Shown: positions 23,177 to 34,763, numbered from the whole stretch's first letter. The stretch is DNA of 63,995 nucleotides, filler included, from Thelocarpon superellum (GCA_026025795.1; 8 parts of 8 records of this genome joined end to end with filler, not necessarily neighbours in it), one strand, 5' to 3'. Notes: generated from the sequence alone by a model not told the origin. Numbers and translations are program-made.

Positions 23177-25631
23177 ATGGCAATGATGGCCGCCATGGCC
23201 ACGATGGTCGGAGTGCCCGACTCTCCGCCGGAACTGACGGGCTCCAAGTCATCCAAGTCATCGTCGTCCTTTCGATCATCGTCACAACTCGATCACGACG
23301 CCATCTCGACCGATATCTCCCATTTCGAGGAGATTGGCCTGGACGATGAACAACCCGTAGCCCATCTGGAACGAGCCCACCCTCCCAAGCGTCCCGGGCC
23401 TGGACCCATGCCGCGAACCTCGATGGGGAGCGCGCGAGGCGGTAACACGCCGGCCACGGGATCCCCCCGCGACCTCACCAACACCTCCCGCGCACTGGCC
23501 TATCCCAGCATCACCGGCAGCGTCACCGCTCTGTCCGCCGAGCCCGAACAGTTGGCCCTCCCCGACCGGCTCAACGTCAGACGAGGCCTCGTCAGTCCGT
23601 CGACGCCCTCCCTCAACACGACCATGGCCCGACCCCCGCGTGCACGATCATCATCGCCCATGCACCACAACGCTCCCTTATCACCTCGTGCCTTCACGAC
23701 GGGAGTCGGCCACTTGAAGCCAGGGCCATCACTGGGGCCGCGACCACACTCGCGGCGAAGTTCCTGGCAGCCCAGCCGGAAGTCGGTGCAGCAGCTGGAG
23801 GAAGAATGCCACGACTCGGATGAGGATGTGCCGGACGAAGCCGTCATCTGGAATGTCCCCATTTCGCCCCGCCCTCCACACGAGCGTCAGTCATCGGTGG
23901 TCTCGGCCCACACGTCGGCCTCGACCTCGCCCGAGCGCAAGTCCCCGCTCTCACGCCTGGTGGCGGAGGAAGGTGGCAGCTTCTCGAGCCCACTTTCGCA
24001 CGCTCAACGGCCAGTCGACAACTTTCGACGACAGATTAGTGGATCCGTGCCGACCTCGCCCACGCAACCGCACATGCCTCGGGGCCTCTCGACGACCTCC
24101 TTCCCCCCGATGGACACAATTCCCAAGCACGTGGTGAATTCCCGGACCAAGTCGTGGAACGCGGCGTTGTCGGAGCTGAGCGAGGAGGCCAAGGTCCTGA
24201 CGGAGGCATTGGAAGCGCACGCAGATAAGGAGGAGCGTCGACATGAAGAGCGGGTGCAGAGTGGCCTGGTGGTCTCGACCAATTTCGATCCGACCAAATC
24301 TCGAGTCAAATCGACGACGGTGGAGTTGCCACCGCTCCGAAAGAGCGACGTCATGATCGACCCGCTACCCATCAGCAAGGAGAAGGAAGCGGTGCTGACC
24401 CGGACTCGACCGAGTTGGCTGCCGCCCAAGGACAAACGAGAGGATAAGAAGCATTTGCGAGAGTATCAGAAGATGATGGCCTTGTCGCTGGAAGCGGGTG
24501 AGTTCATCGAGAGAATGATCAATCGGAATGTATGCTGATGAGGAAGTAGAACGGAAGAAGGCGGCACGCGAGCGAGAAGCGCGGCTCAATCGGGACGACA
24601 ATGCGATTTCCATCCTCCGCATCTGGGATCAACACGTGCTGCCGGACTGGGACCGGGTGGTTCGGGAACCACGGACGCGGGAACTCTGGTGGCGAGGCGT
24701 GGCGCCTCGAAGTCGGGGGACCGTGTGGCAACGAGCGGTGGGCAACGAATTGGAACTCAGCGCGCAGAGCTACCACGCGGCGCTGCAACGAGCCAAGGAT
24801 TTCGATCGCTCGTCCAAAGCCGACAATACCCACGTCGACGATCGACATCGTCGACAGAAGGAATGGTTCCGCGCCTTACGACGAGACGTGGGCATCACCT
24901 TTCGAGACCTCCGCATCTTCCAGCCGGGTGGACCTCTTCATGATCACCTAGTGGAGGTCTTGATGGCCTACTCCATGTACCGATCAGACGTGGGCTACGT
25001 ACACGGTACACATGTGAGTGACGACTGAGAAGCGGGCGATGGAGAAAGAAGGAGATGCTGACGAACCTAGCTCATCGCGGCCCTTTTGCTCCTGAATATG
25101 CCCTCGACGCAAGCATTCATCACTCTCGCCAACCTCATGAACCGACCAATCCCGCTTGCCTTTCTGACTGCCGACGCCGGCGCTTCAACGCGCGCATACA
25201 ACATCACGCTGCGAACGCTGGCGTACAAATTCCCCACGCTGCACGCACACCTCACGTCGCCGAGTCTCGGGCTTCATCCATCGTCATATCTCGACCCGCT
25301 CTTCTCCACCCTCCTCGGCCATGCACTCTCCATCGATCTGCTCGCCCGCGTGTGGGACGTCTATGTCTTTGAAGGCGACGGCGTCCTCGTGCGGGCCATC
25401 ATCGCATGTTTTGGCCAACTCGAACAGCGTCTCCTCTCGCTCCATTCCGCCGACGAGATCGTAAAGGTCTTGGGCTGTGATTGGATCGTGGACCAAACGG
25501 GAGGAGGAGGAGGAGGAGGAGGAGAGGGAGAGGGAGAGGGAGAAAGTGACGCCTATCATGACGCCACACCTTGGAACATGGGCACCGAAGAGACTTTCAT
25601 GGCTCTTGTTCGAGAGGCGGGGAAGGAGTGA
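23177..25631 (+). CDS. TBC-domain Rab GTPase-activating protein (TBC1D12/14-like)
   Basis: RELWWRGVAPRSRGTVWQRAVGNEL, RRDVGITF, AYSMYRSDVGYVHG|THLIAALLLLN, ARVWDVYVFEGD; N-terminal WNVPISP and TRPSWLPPK motifs; introns near 24498 and 25014. Confidence 0.9.
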
Positions 25632-25776
25632 GATTGCCTCTACAGTCCCACTCATGCGCTACTCTACGACTGTCACTACGGTTTCCCAACGACTGATCAA
25701 CACGACTGATCAACCAACCACCACCCGACGGACTGGAAACCGCGGGGCTGGAGCACATACGATAATACCTGTACGA

Positions 25777-25876
25777 NNNNNNNNNNNNNNNNNNNNNNNN
25801 NNNNNNNNNNNNNNNNNNNNTTAATTAATTAANNNNNNNNNNNNNNNNNNNNNNNNNNNNNNNNNNNNNNNNNNNN
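25777..25876. other. Artificial contig spacer
   Basis: N44-TTAATTAATTAA-N44. Confidence 0.98.
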
Positions 25877-27414
25877 GGTCTCCCGTCGCCACGTGTTTGG
25901 GGAAGTTGATGACGGGGGAGTAGACGCGCAGCTGCTCGTAGATGACCGCCCCGAGCATGCTATTGAGGAGTCGGTCACACCACTCCTCGTACCGACACTC
26001 GCCTACCCGCTGCGTTCCAAGCATTGCATCAAGATCCCGCTGCAGCAGTCGTTGTGCCGTCCGATTGACCGCGAGACCGAGGGTGGCAAAGTGTAACGAG
26101 TTTGCTACGGTATCATGGCCGGCAAACATCATGACGAAGGTATTGGCGATGACATCTTGGGCCGTCAACGCGGACGCCCCGCGAGACGTACCTCGCGTCA
26201 TGTCGCCTTCTTTGCTATCTGCAATGCCCGCGCCCTCCACGAGACGCACTGATCACGGGTTAGTGTCACGGTGGCAGGGTGAGCAAGTTCTGACACACTC
26301 ATCAAATCCATCGACGTCGTTTCGGAATCTCCAGCGCGGATGTCCCGCATTTTCTGCTCCAACAGCTGGGCCCAGTACCGGTTCAGCTCATTCCAACCCT
26401 GCCACACCTTCCGCATCTTTCGAAAGGGCAGAAATTCTGCCGAGTCAGCTTGAGCATGCGTGCAATCAGACAGGAAGGGCCAGCCTACTCATCACGGGTG
26501 GAGGAAAGGCTAGGAACCATAGAAAGTTGTCCAAGGTGTGGGAGAGGGCATCTTTAAAGGTCATGAGATGGGTGGCAGGGGTCGTATTTGCGCTGAGGGC
26601 CGCAAGGCCATCGTCCGGCGACACTTCTACCGCCTCTCCCGGCCAGTAGAGAGGCACACCAAATCCTGCACGACTGATGATATGGAGACTGAGTGTGCCT
26701 GCGTCGGGCTGCATGTCAGGCACGCGCATGTCGTTTGTCGTGTTGCCTTTTCGGGCAGCCCAGGTGGCCATCATGCGTTGCACTTGACGGTCCGTTTCCT
26801 TCCACACCACCGCGTTGTTCCTTTCGGAAAAGGCGGGTGCCGTCAGCTTCCGATGCAGACGCCAGGTCTGGCCTTCGGTCGTGACCACATTGGCGCCAAA
26901 TAGCTCGATGATCTTGTAGACCTGGGTCGGCTTGGGGAAGTCGGCACGACGGACACACATCTGGTGGATCACCTCGGCATTGCTGGCTCCCAGGTAGGTG
27001 CCGCCGGGCGACGCGACCAACAGGAGATCACCGCAGCGACTGAAGCCGGTAGCGTGGCGCCTGTAGATCTGCCAATACGGATGGGCCAAGCTGCCCCGTG
27101 AGCATGTGGTCGTCCGTACACCACAACGAGACCTACTCAAGCCATGGTTCGGTCCAGGCCTGGGGCAACATGCCGCACAAGGGAAGCATGAAGATGCAGC
27201 TGACCTGCCAGAGGGCACTGCCGACATGGAAGGCTACCTCTCATCGATGTCAGTTCATCGTCGTCCGCGCCCGGCATCCGACCGGAGGGGACCCACGCGA
27301 CGAGATGATCGTGTCCAGTCCGGACTCCTGGCACTTGGCCAGATTTCGCCGCCATGATTGGTACGCCGAAAAGAGGAGGAGGAGAGGAATAGACAGCAGC
27401 ACGAGGAGATACAT
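25877..27414 (-). CDS. Cytochrome P450, 3'-truncated by the contig end
   Basis: N-terminal anchor MYLLVLLSIPLLLLF, C-helix TEGQTWRLHRK, I-helix FAGHDT, K-helix EQLR. The PERF and heme motifs would lie beyond the contig end. Confidence 0.9.
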
Positions 27415-28372
27415 GGTTCTCTACACGACTTCACAGACGGCACCGCACGCTTGCAAGAGCACGAGATATGGGTAGAACATTAGCCGAGTAAATTGTCGAC
27501 AGAAGTCCGACGGACATACTCCTGTCGTACACTGACACTATCCGTGGTAGTATCTTCGCAAGACGGAAGCTTTGCTTATCTGCGGATTCCGTCCCGACGG
27601 ATCCAGTGAGCCGCATCCGTGACAGGCACCCTAGTGTCAAATCGGTTACGGCAGTCCTTGGCAAAGCTCAGAGACAAAATTGTCCAGGCAAGGCGCCAGT
27701 TCATGGGCCATTTGGCGTCGACGTTTGGTGGCGTGGTTCGTGGAGCTCGTCAACGCGTACGCGTAGTCTTCTCGTAAGAATTTGGCGACCTTACGAGGAC
27801 GAATACATGTCGGTTGGAGTTGGCCTGTAGTGGCTTGCTCTAGGGCTCCGTTTGTCTTTGGGGGAGAGCCCGGTTGGTCTCAGCCTTCAAGTCGCTTGGT
27901 CTGAGGAATACCTGTCCGCTCAGTCGGTCTCTTCCCGGCGAGCGTTCGGCATCCTCCGATACGACCAAGCGAGCCGGACTTCCGGCAGGACAGACCCACT
28001 CAGCTCTAATGCATCTGAAAGCGGTTGCCCAAAATAAATCATCCGACGTATCCTTCCACTAATCTATGTCTCGACGATTACCATGGAGCCCATCCACATG
28101 ATCTGTCTTTCATTTCTCAAGACAGACGATCCAGGCCCAGCTAGGTGACGGGTCACGTGTTCTCGTTCCTGTGTGGGATGCATCTTGTGCGTGTCAGCGT
28201 CTCGCTCGGTTCCATGGCGGATGAAAATTGGACGGAGACAAAACTCATATCAGACAGCAGTTGGTACAATTGCGTATCAACAGGGTAGTTCAGAACAGGT
28301 CTGTGTTGTGAAAGGTTGTATCATCATGAAGAGGTGGAATCTCGCGATGAAAACCAACATACCGGCGTTGTC

Positions 28373-29362
28373 CTAGCCCTGCTTTCGCTTCTTGAAAAAG
28401 GATTCGAGCTTCTGTTGACTGGTGTCATGACCGGCACTCCCCACACCACCCCGCGTTCTCTTGAGCCCCTTTAGGTGGTCTTGGCCATTGATAACTTCGA
28501 CGGTCAGAGCCCAGTCCAATAGTCGTGACTCGACATCAGCGGTTGCAGTTCCTTTCGCCCTGTTGGAAAGGGCGTCCCCAGTGAGAGGTGGCGTGATTTT
28601 CTCGTCCACTGGCGTAGCATCCGAGGTCAACGCGGTCATTCTCCGGTCGATCCGGAGCTCGAGGTAACCAGTATTCGACCACATTCCGAGATGTTCGAGC
28701 GAAACATCCCGCCCGGGCGAGAGCGTATGTGGCTTGATCGACACGTAACCTCGGGCGAAACGTCGAAGAAGGCACCTCCACAAGACGGACAGGAGAAGGC
28801 CATGAGAGACCACGGCCACGACACGAGGCGGTGCATCTTGCTCTGTACGCAGCAAGGGAACGAGATGTTCGTCGAGAAATAGGTCAGCACGGCACGTCAT
28901 GGATTGTTTCGTTTCAACACCCTCGAGCTCGCTTTTCGCTTCCGACGCTGAGCGTCTGCCATCAGGGCCGGTCACTGCAGCGGTCCGTGGTTTCGCTGCA
29001 AATGGGAGACCTTCATAAGGACCGAAATCTTGTTCGCGCAGCTGGGGCAAAGCAACGACGCTGGTGATCGGAATAGCGGACTGGAGGGAAGCCTGAGCCT
29101 GCTTGATTGCCTCTGCAGTTTGGTGCGCCCTCTGCAGGTCGGAGCTAAAGACGTGTGTCAGGCGCACGGCGGAAGATGCAAAGTGGCGGCCCAGGCGATC
29201 AGCCTGAACCACGCCATGGTTGGTGAGGCACGAGTCCAGGACGCCTGCACTTGAAGTTGACACGTCAGCTGCCGAGGAGCGACAGGTGGCTCTGGGTCGG
29301 TCGTACTATACCTGAGCTACATTGTGAACGGATTCAGCATGTCGAATGAGGAAAAGTTTCAT
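28373..29362 (-). CDS. Histidine phosphatase (phosphoglycerate mutase-like) family protein
   Basis: MKLFLIRHAESVHNV exon, intron 29306-29250, LTNHG..QA, SSDLQRA.QTA, LREQDFG, VVSHG. Confidence 0.9.
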
Positions 29363-30121
29363 TAGTTCTGTGAGACGCGATGCCTAACGGGTGAAATGGG
29401 TTGGAGAGTTGGGGAAGTCGTGGGGGAGCTCCCCGGAGATAATCGAGCGTTTCTCTTCGGCCGTTGTGGAGGCTTACATAAGCAGCCTTCCCACCCTCTT
29501 AGCTGCTTGCCTCCTCTCCTGACATATCTCGCTCTACATCTGATCCTTTGCATATCATCCCGTCCTGACCTGGGTATCATCTGAAAGTCCAATCAAACGA
29601 AGAGTGAACTCAGGATGAAAGAAGTTGTAGAGGGAGATGCCTTCACACCACTGGTGCATAAGCTCCGTGAACTCCATCGTCTCTCGCACACTTCAGTATC
29701 CACAGCCAGGGTCACAGGTTCTCTTCCAACATCTTTCCTATGATTCAATATCCAAATCTTCGATCATGCCCCTCCGTCCAGTGCTCCAACGGAGCTGCTG
29801 TGACTTCTTTCCCTTTCCAACACATCTCCCCTGGAGACCCTCATGTTCTTCGGTCGGGAATCCATGTTCCCGGAGCACCTTCAGCTACACGATCGCAGCT
29901 GTGACTTAACGTGCAGTCATTCCTCGTCTCTCTTCTCGCAGAGATCGACGCTCTGTGCCTGATGCTGCCACGGTGTCAGCGGCCGTCAATGGACAGCCGT
30001 CTCTCATGGAAGTCTTGATCCTCCCAAGTTCATCTCACTCGCTACCAGTGGTTCAGATCGATGATTCTCTGCATCCTCCGGATCCCAATTCGATCTGACT
30101 CACTTTGATGATTCATACAAG

Positions 30122-32113
30122 ATGTTTGGTCGACCCAGTGCATCAGAAGGTGGCTCATCAGCCATCCCTCTGTGGGAAAGATTGTCTCGTCTCCACAACT
30201 ACCAGCATCTCAAATATGACTTTCGACCGAAGCCACGATTGGGTGTTGACTTGGTCGGGACGTGGATCGATCAGGATGAAAGCGGAAACTATGACCCTCA
30301 CCCCAAGAGATTACCGTTCCTTCCACCACGCCTTCGAGTGGAGAGCGCAGCCGAGGATGTAGATCTCATCGAAGTCGAGACAAAGCGACCCAAGATCAGC
30401 AACTGGCTTCATGGACGGCAAACCGGGAGCAGTTTAGTCGTCATTCTCAAGATCTCTTCAGACGCCGGGAAAGCGCAACTTGCCGCCTATGCGGCAAAGT
30501 CGAAGATGCACGACAATCTCCCTGATGACATTGAGGACTCTCGTGGTGACATTCACGCTCCTCTATTCATTCCTCTCGAGGAAGGTCGTCCTCGACTCTC
30601 AAAGCTACCCCATCGCGCAGGGAGAGGTCAACTGCCAATACGTGGGCAAACGAGTTCTGCCTTGTCCACGCTGACGCGATGTCACCCTCGTGTGGGGGAT
30701 CGGACGTTAGCACTACCCGAAGTACGGGGCTGCAAGGCTTGTCTCGAGCTCGGCCTTCCTTGCCCGCTACTGGAGCCGGACTCAACCTATCCGTGCGACA
30801 ACTGCGTCGAAGATGAGTACGACTGTGAGCTCGTCTTGCCTCCGGAACGAAAGCGTGCCTGCGAAGCATGTCGTAAGGTGCGCGTTCGATGCTCCTACCG
30901 GGATGGAGGGGATCACAGCCTCCCGTGCGAGCGGTGCCGATCCAAGGGCGGAATTTGCTGTGCCGGTCCGGAGACTCGATTTGGCACGAACTTCTTTCTC
31001 CCCACCCCCGCGCGCCCCTTTCTCACATGTACTCCCTGCCGGATCGCTAAGCGGTGGTGTTCGCTGTCGGACAAGTCCAAGGAGCCTCCGTGCAATGCCT
31101 GTTTTCACAAAGACCTCGCGTGCACGTTTGAGAGCATCAAGCGGCGTGGTGGGGTGGATAGGGTAGTCGAAAAGCTTGATCCTACCTCTTCACCGGATAC
31201 CCCGTCGTCAGCGATGTTAATCGATGCCCCGGAGCCAATTCATCCGAGACCGAGCTCTCCAACACCATCCATCATCTCGATATCGTCCACCGCCTCCGCC
31301 CCACGACCTCTAGCAGTCCAAGAGCAGGTGAAGGTCACGGTCGGTGTAACCAAGACAATCACAACTCGATATGCGCACCCACTCCACTTCAGCTTCGAGT
31401 ACTTAGCAGCCAGCGAAAGCTGCGCTTGGTGCACGACCTCGGCACACGGACTCTTTGGCCATGGCGACGTCAAGGTGGAAGTGATAGACTGGGGCGATGG
31501 GCAGGGATATACGGAGATCTCAGGGGGGCATACGGGGCAAGGGGTCGCCCCAGACCGGATGTGTGGGTCCTGCACCAGCGTGCGGCTCTGCATCGCAACA
31601 TGCGAGGGCCACACTCTGCGACGCATCCCCGGGCTCGACGCAGCCACGTTTGACTTTGACGCCGCATTTGGCGAATGGATATCTCCTCCTCTTCTCTCCT
31701 CATCCTCCTTCTCCTCCTTCTCCTCCTCCTCCTACTCCTCCTCTTCTTCTTCCTCACCCTTCCCCTCAACTATCAAGGAAAACAAACGTCTCGGCACCAG
31801 ATGGTGCGGGGTATGCCCATCTCCCGCCTTCTACGCCTGCACGACACATCAAGCAACCGCACCGCTCTCGCAAGCCGCCTCGCCCCATTGCGGATGCGGC
31901 CTGATGCTCTGCGAAGCGTGCACCGTGCTTCTAGCGCGCACCTACCACGGTGACCTTGGCCGGATGATCGTGGAGGTGCTAGAGGAGGTGGAAGGGGAAG
32001 GCGGAGAGAGCAAGCTAGGAGATTTCCCCGTGGGCGTCCGTGCCGACGCTGCGTTCTTGGCAAACAGAGGTCCGCTGCTTAGACGTGCGTTAGCTACGCT
32101 GCGGGACGAATAG
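30122..32113 (+). CDS. Protein with three tandem Zn2Cys6-like clusters and a Cys-rich C-terminal region
   Basis: CKAC-x6-C..CDNC..C, CEACRKVRVRC..CERC..C and CTPCRIAKRWC..CNAC..C in a 663-codon ORF; poly-Ser tract. The true start may lie upstream. Confidence 0.75.
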   Translation: MFGRPSASEGGSSAIPLWERLSRLHNYQHLKYDFRPKPRLGVDLVGTWIDQDESGNYDPHPKRLPFLPPRLRVESAAEDVDLIEVETKRPKISNWLHGRQTGSSLVVILKISSDAGKAQLAAYAAKSKMHDNLPDDIEDSRGDIHAPLFIPLEEGRPRLSKLPHRAGRGQLPIRGQTSSALSTLTRCHPRVGDRTLALPEVRGCKACLELGLPCPLLEPDSTYPCDNCVEDEYDCELVLPPERKRACEACRKVRVRCSYRDGGDHSLPCERCRSKGGICCAGPETRFGTNFFLPTPARPFLTCTPCRIAKRWCSLSDKSKEPPCNACFHKDLACTFESIKRRGGVDRVVEKLDPTSSPDTPSSAMLIDAPEPIHPRPSSPTPSIISISSTASAPRPLAVQEQVKVTVGVTKTITTRYAHPLHFSFEYLAASESCAWCTTSAHGLFGHGDVKVEVIDWGDGQGYTEISGGHTGQGVAPDRMCGSCTSVRLCIATCEGHTLRRIPGLDAATFDFDAAFGEWISPPLLSSSSFSSFSSSSYSSSSSSSPFPSTIKENKRLGTRWCGVCPSPAFYACTTHQATAPLSQAASPHCGCGLMLCEACTVLLARTYHGDLGRMIVEVLEEVEGEGGESKLGDFPVGVRADAAFLANRGPLLRRALATLRDE

Positions 32114-32309
32114 CATTCTACTTGCTTGTCTCCCCTGCTTAGCTGACTGATATTGGGAGTAACATGATTCTTTTCCTCTGCTTGCTCTTCATACGGGGTG
32201 CGTGGTGGAGGCGATCATTTCCCCTCTTTCCTGCTTCCCTTCTTGCTCTGATCAAGTCAACCAGGAGAGGGTCACGTTATGGTTCAAATTTCAGGAAGGG
32301 ATCTAGCAC

Positions 32310-32331
32310 GCATGCATGCATGCATGCATGC
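32310..32331. repeat. (GCAT)n self-complementary microsatellite between convergent genes
   Basis: gcatgcatgcatgcatgcatgc. Confidence 0.9.
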
Positions 32332-32396
32332 ACGTTCTCACGCTTTCTCTGCTTCCTGGCTTTTAGCCTCACTAGAAGTGAATGGATACTGCCGAA

Positions 32397-33365
32397 CTAC
32401 ATGTGCGACAGCGCAACCTGTCTCCCCTCGCTAAGATGGCTCGATGCAACACGTTGAGGATGGTTGGATGCCCGAGTATTCTGCATAGGCGCGTCTTGCG
32501 GCCCTTGGTCGACGAATTCTTGTCCCTCCGCTCCGGGAAGCTTTGCCCCACCGCGCGTTGAAGCCTGGCAACTCGCGCTACGGTGGGTGCGTGCGAACGT
32601 CTGTTGAGGCATTGGCTGAGGCTCCCGCTGGGTAGCGCGGCGAGACATTGGGATCTGAGTTTGGACTCGAGACAGCGCGGGTAGTTGCCATTCGGAGGCC
32701 GGCGCGCGGCCGGAGGTCAGCGGCCGAGGCCGAGCCTGTCGAGACACCGGAGGTGGTTGCTGCCATTCTGGGCCCGTGCGGCGAGACGTTGACCGTTGAG
32801 GTTGGCCTTGCCATGGGCTGAGCGGCTGGGGTTGAGGTTGGATTTGTCGAGACACCGGGGGGGATACTTGCCACTCAGGCGCCACGCGGCGAGATACTGA
32901 ACGGTGGTGTTGTCCTTGCCAAGAGTTCCGCCGGGCTTGTTTCTGCTGAGCAGTAGGCGGTGAGTCCCGGTCCGAGCGCCCACCGCGGGACGACGAAAAC
33001 CGGGTTCGAGCGAGTCGGGCGGCGTTCAGGTAGTCAGCTTCTATGATCCGGCACTCCCGCTCAGCGACAAGGCGTGCCGCCTCTTCACCAAAGTGTTCTC
33101 GTTCGCCACGAAAGAGGGGACGTCCAACTGAAGCCTCAACTTCGCACGCCAAGCAGCAGCCCCTATAAAGGGGCCCGTTGCAGCGAAGACAGTGACGTTG
33201 GTCGAGGTCTCCACGATCATCGTTCCGGGGTTGAGTTCGGACTCCCCGTCGTGCCGATGAGGCTGGCTGTCGTGTTCGGGAGCTATGCCGACTTCGAGAG
33301 CTTCGAGCGGACCCACGAGGCTCCTCTCGACGCGATCGCTGTAGACAACTCGACTTTGAACCCAT
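32397..33365 (-). CDS. Hypothetical Arg/Gln/Pro-rich protein with CxxC..CxxC motif and internal repeats
   Basis: ~322 codons from MGSKSS; HCLRCNGPLYRGCCLACE; duplicated WQGQ..RS.SRR..PEWQ..PPVSRQ. No family recognised. Confidence 0.5.
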   Translation of the reverse strand: MGSKSSCLQRSRREEPRGSARSSRSRHSSRTRQPASSARRGVRTQPRNDDRGDLDQRHCLRCNGPLYRGCCLACEVEASVGRPLFRGEREHFGEEAARLVAERECRIIEADYLNAARLARTRFSSSRGGRSDRDSPPTAQQKQARRNSWQGQHHRSVSRRVAPEWQVSPPVSRQIQPQPQPLSPWQGQPQRSTSRRTGPEWQQPPPVSRQARPRPLTSGRAPASEWQLPALSRVQTQIPMSRRATQREPQPMPQQTFARTHRSASCQASTRGGAKLPGAEGQEFVDQGPQDAPMQNTRASNHPQRVASSHLSEGRQVALSHM

Positions 33366-33569
33366 TTTGTGCGGTATCGGGTGGCCGGTGCGTTTGAAAG
33401 TGATGGAGGGGGGGGGGTGGTGAGCATGCAAGGAAAACTTCTGCGAGCGATGTCCCTTATATCCTCCATCCCTCAATTCACTACATCTTGAATGTCGGCT
33501 GAGGACATGTGATACATGTGTTCGAAGTGACGGATGTCAGATCAATATTCTTCAACAGGCCTTCACCGC

Positions 33570-34034
33570 TCAACTCCCCACTGGTTCCGGTCTCTGGGAG
33601 AAGATGATCTTCCACTGCACGATCTCGACAATCTCCAGGGCTTCTTCCTCGCTCTGTGACGGACTTCCTAGCTGAGATGGCGTCTCCGGATCAATTTTCC
33701 GTCGGATAAGGGCCATCGGGTTTGGGAGCTTCTTCACTTCCCCGGTCAGGCGTTGATGCTTTCCCACGTAGAGATAGACCCGTCTTTGCCAGGCGGTACT
33801 ATCTACCGGTGTATCCGCCAAAAAATCCGGGAACTCCAAACGACCAATGGCAGTCTCTTGACTGTCCGTCAGGGCGTCTCCCAAGTGGTAGTCAATGGAC
33901 GGCATGTTGATAGTTCCTTGAAGTTCCAGAATAGCCAGACCAGAGGGAGTTTGGAGAAGTGAGGGAAGAGGACTTGACGCAGAAGAATTTGCTACCCGAT
34001 TCGGGTCTAGAGGATGGACTGGTATTGCAGGCAT
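33570..34034 (-). CDS. CTF8: Chromosome transmission fidelity protein 8 (RFC-Ctf18 subunit)
   Basis: LQTPSGLAILELQGTIN, LYVGKHQRLTGEVKKLP, EIVEIVQWKIIFSQRPEPV. Confidence 0.92.
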   Translation of the reverse strand: MPAIPVHPLDPNRVANSSASSPLPSLLQTPSGLAILELQGTINMPSIDYHLGDALTDSQETAIGRLEFPDFLADTPVDSTAWQRRVYLYVGKHQRLTGEVKKLPNPMALIRRKIDPETPSQLGSPSQSEEEALEIVEIVQWKIIFSQRPEPVGS

Positions 34035-34114
34035 GATGAAGTCTGTTCGTGTCAATATCTGCCGGACATGGAGTGATTCGAGTCGCGTACCTCACGCACC
34101 ACAAGAATACGAAC

Positions 34115-34148
34115 TCACGTGATATGTGCGCAGGGCTCACCCTAGGGC
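34115..34148. promoter_or_regulatory. Cbf1-type E-box (TCACGTGA) and AGGGC/CCCTAGGG Tbf1-like element in the divergent CTF8-RPS6 promoter
   Basis: TCACGTGA at 34115-34122 and cagggctcaccctagggc at 34131-34148. Cbf1 plus Tbf1 regulate ribosomal-protein genes in several ascomycetes; function here is inferred. Confidence 0.45.
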
Positions 34149-34317
34149 AACACCCGCTGGCGGGCGATCCGCACTAGGCGAGCCCACCTCGCCGGACTGC
34201 AAATGACCGCGACTGAGTTTCTCGAGCCTGCCTTGCACAACAACGACGCACGACCTCGATCCGCACCACCTCACACAATCGAGGTGCCACATCTTCGTCG
34301 TCCCCTCCACGGCCACG

Positions 34318-34340
34318 ATGAAGCTCAACATCTCGTACCC
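34318..34340 (+). CDS. RPS6: 40S ribosomal protein S6 (eS6), 5' fragment cut by the contig end
   Basis: atgaagctcaacatctcgtaccc = MKLNISYP, the conserved eS6 N-terminus; only 8 codons visible. Confidence 0.8.
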
Positions 34341-34440
34341 NNNNNNNNNNNNNNNNNNNNNNNNNNNNNNNNNNNNNNNNNNNNTTAATTAATTAANNNN
34401 NNNNNNNNNNNNNNNNNNNNNNNNNNNNNNNNNNNNNNNN
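34341..34440. other. Artificial contig spacer
   Basis: N44-TTAATTAATTAA-N44. Confidence 0.98.
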
Positions 34441-34646
34441 GCAAGGACCGCTGTTTGGGGGGACGCCCCGACTAACTCGCTTGCGACAAGGATGAACAGG
34501 AGACGCCCCTGCCTTAGCGAAAAGCCGTGTACATACATTATTCTTGGCGAAGGCTGCAGAGGCGGAGGGTACCCCATCGCTAACTGTAATGTTAACATAC
34601 CACTGTAGGAATCAAAGCTGAATTGCTAATCTACGCGTAGTCGGGA

Positions 34647-34763
34647 TAGTAGTAGGAGTGAGCACGTGACCAGATCACGTGCGTGCTCCTACACTACTAA
34701 GTGCTAGCCTATATTATTAGTACTACTAGTACTACTTGTAGTAGTATATGTTAGCACTTAGTA
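34647..34763 (+). repeat. Two adjacent inverted repeats (hairpins)
   Basis: TAGTAG-TAGGAG..GCACGTGA pairs with TCACGTGC..CTCCTA-CTACTA; TACTAAGTGCTAGC-TATATTATTA pairs with TAGTAGTATA-GTTAGCACTTAGTA. Confidence 0.8.

Noticed and set aside
25877..27414. P450 as a pseudogene or part of a secondary-metabolite cluster
   Set aside because: The missing heme motif is explained by the contig end, and no PKS/NRPS or tailoring genes are on this contig.
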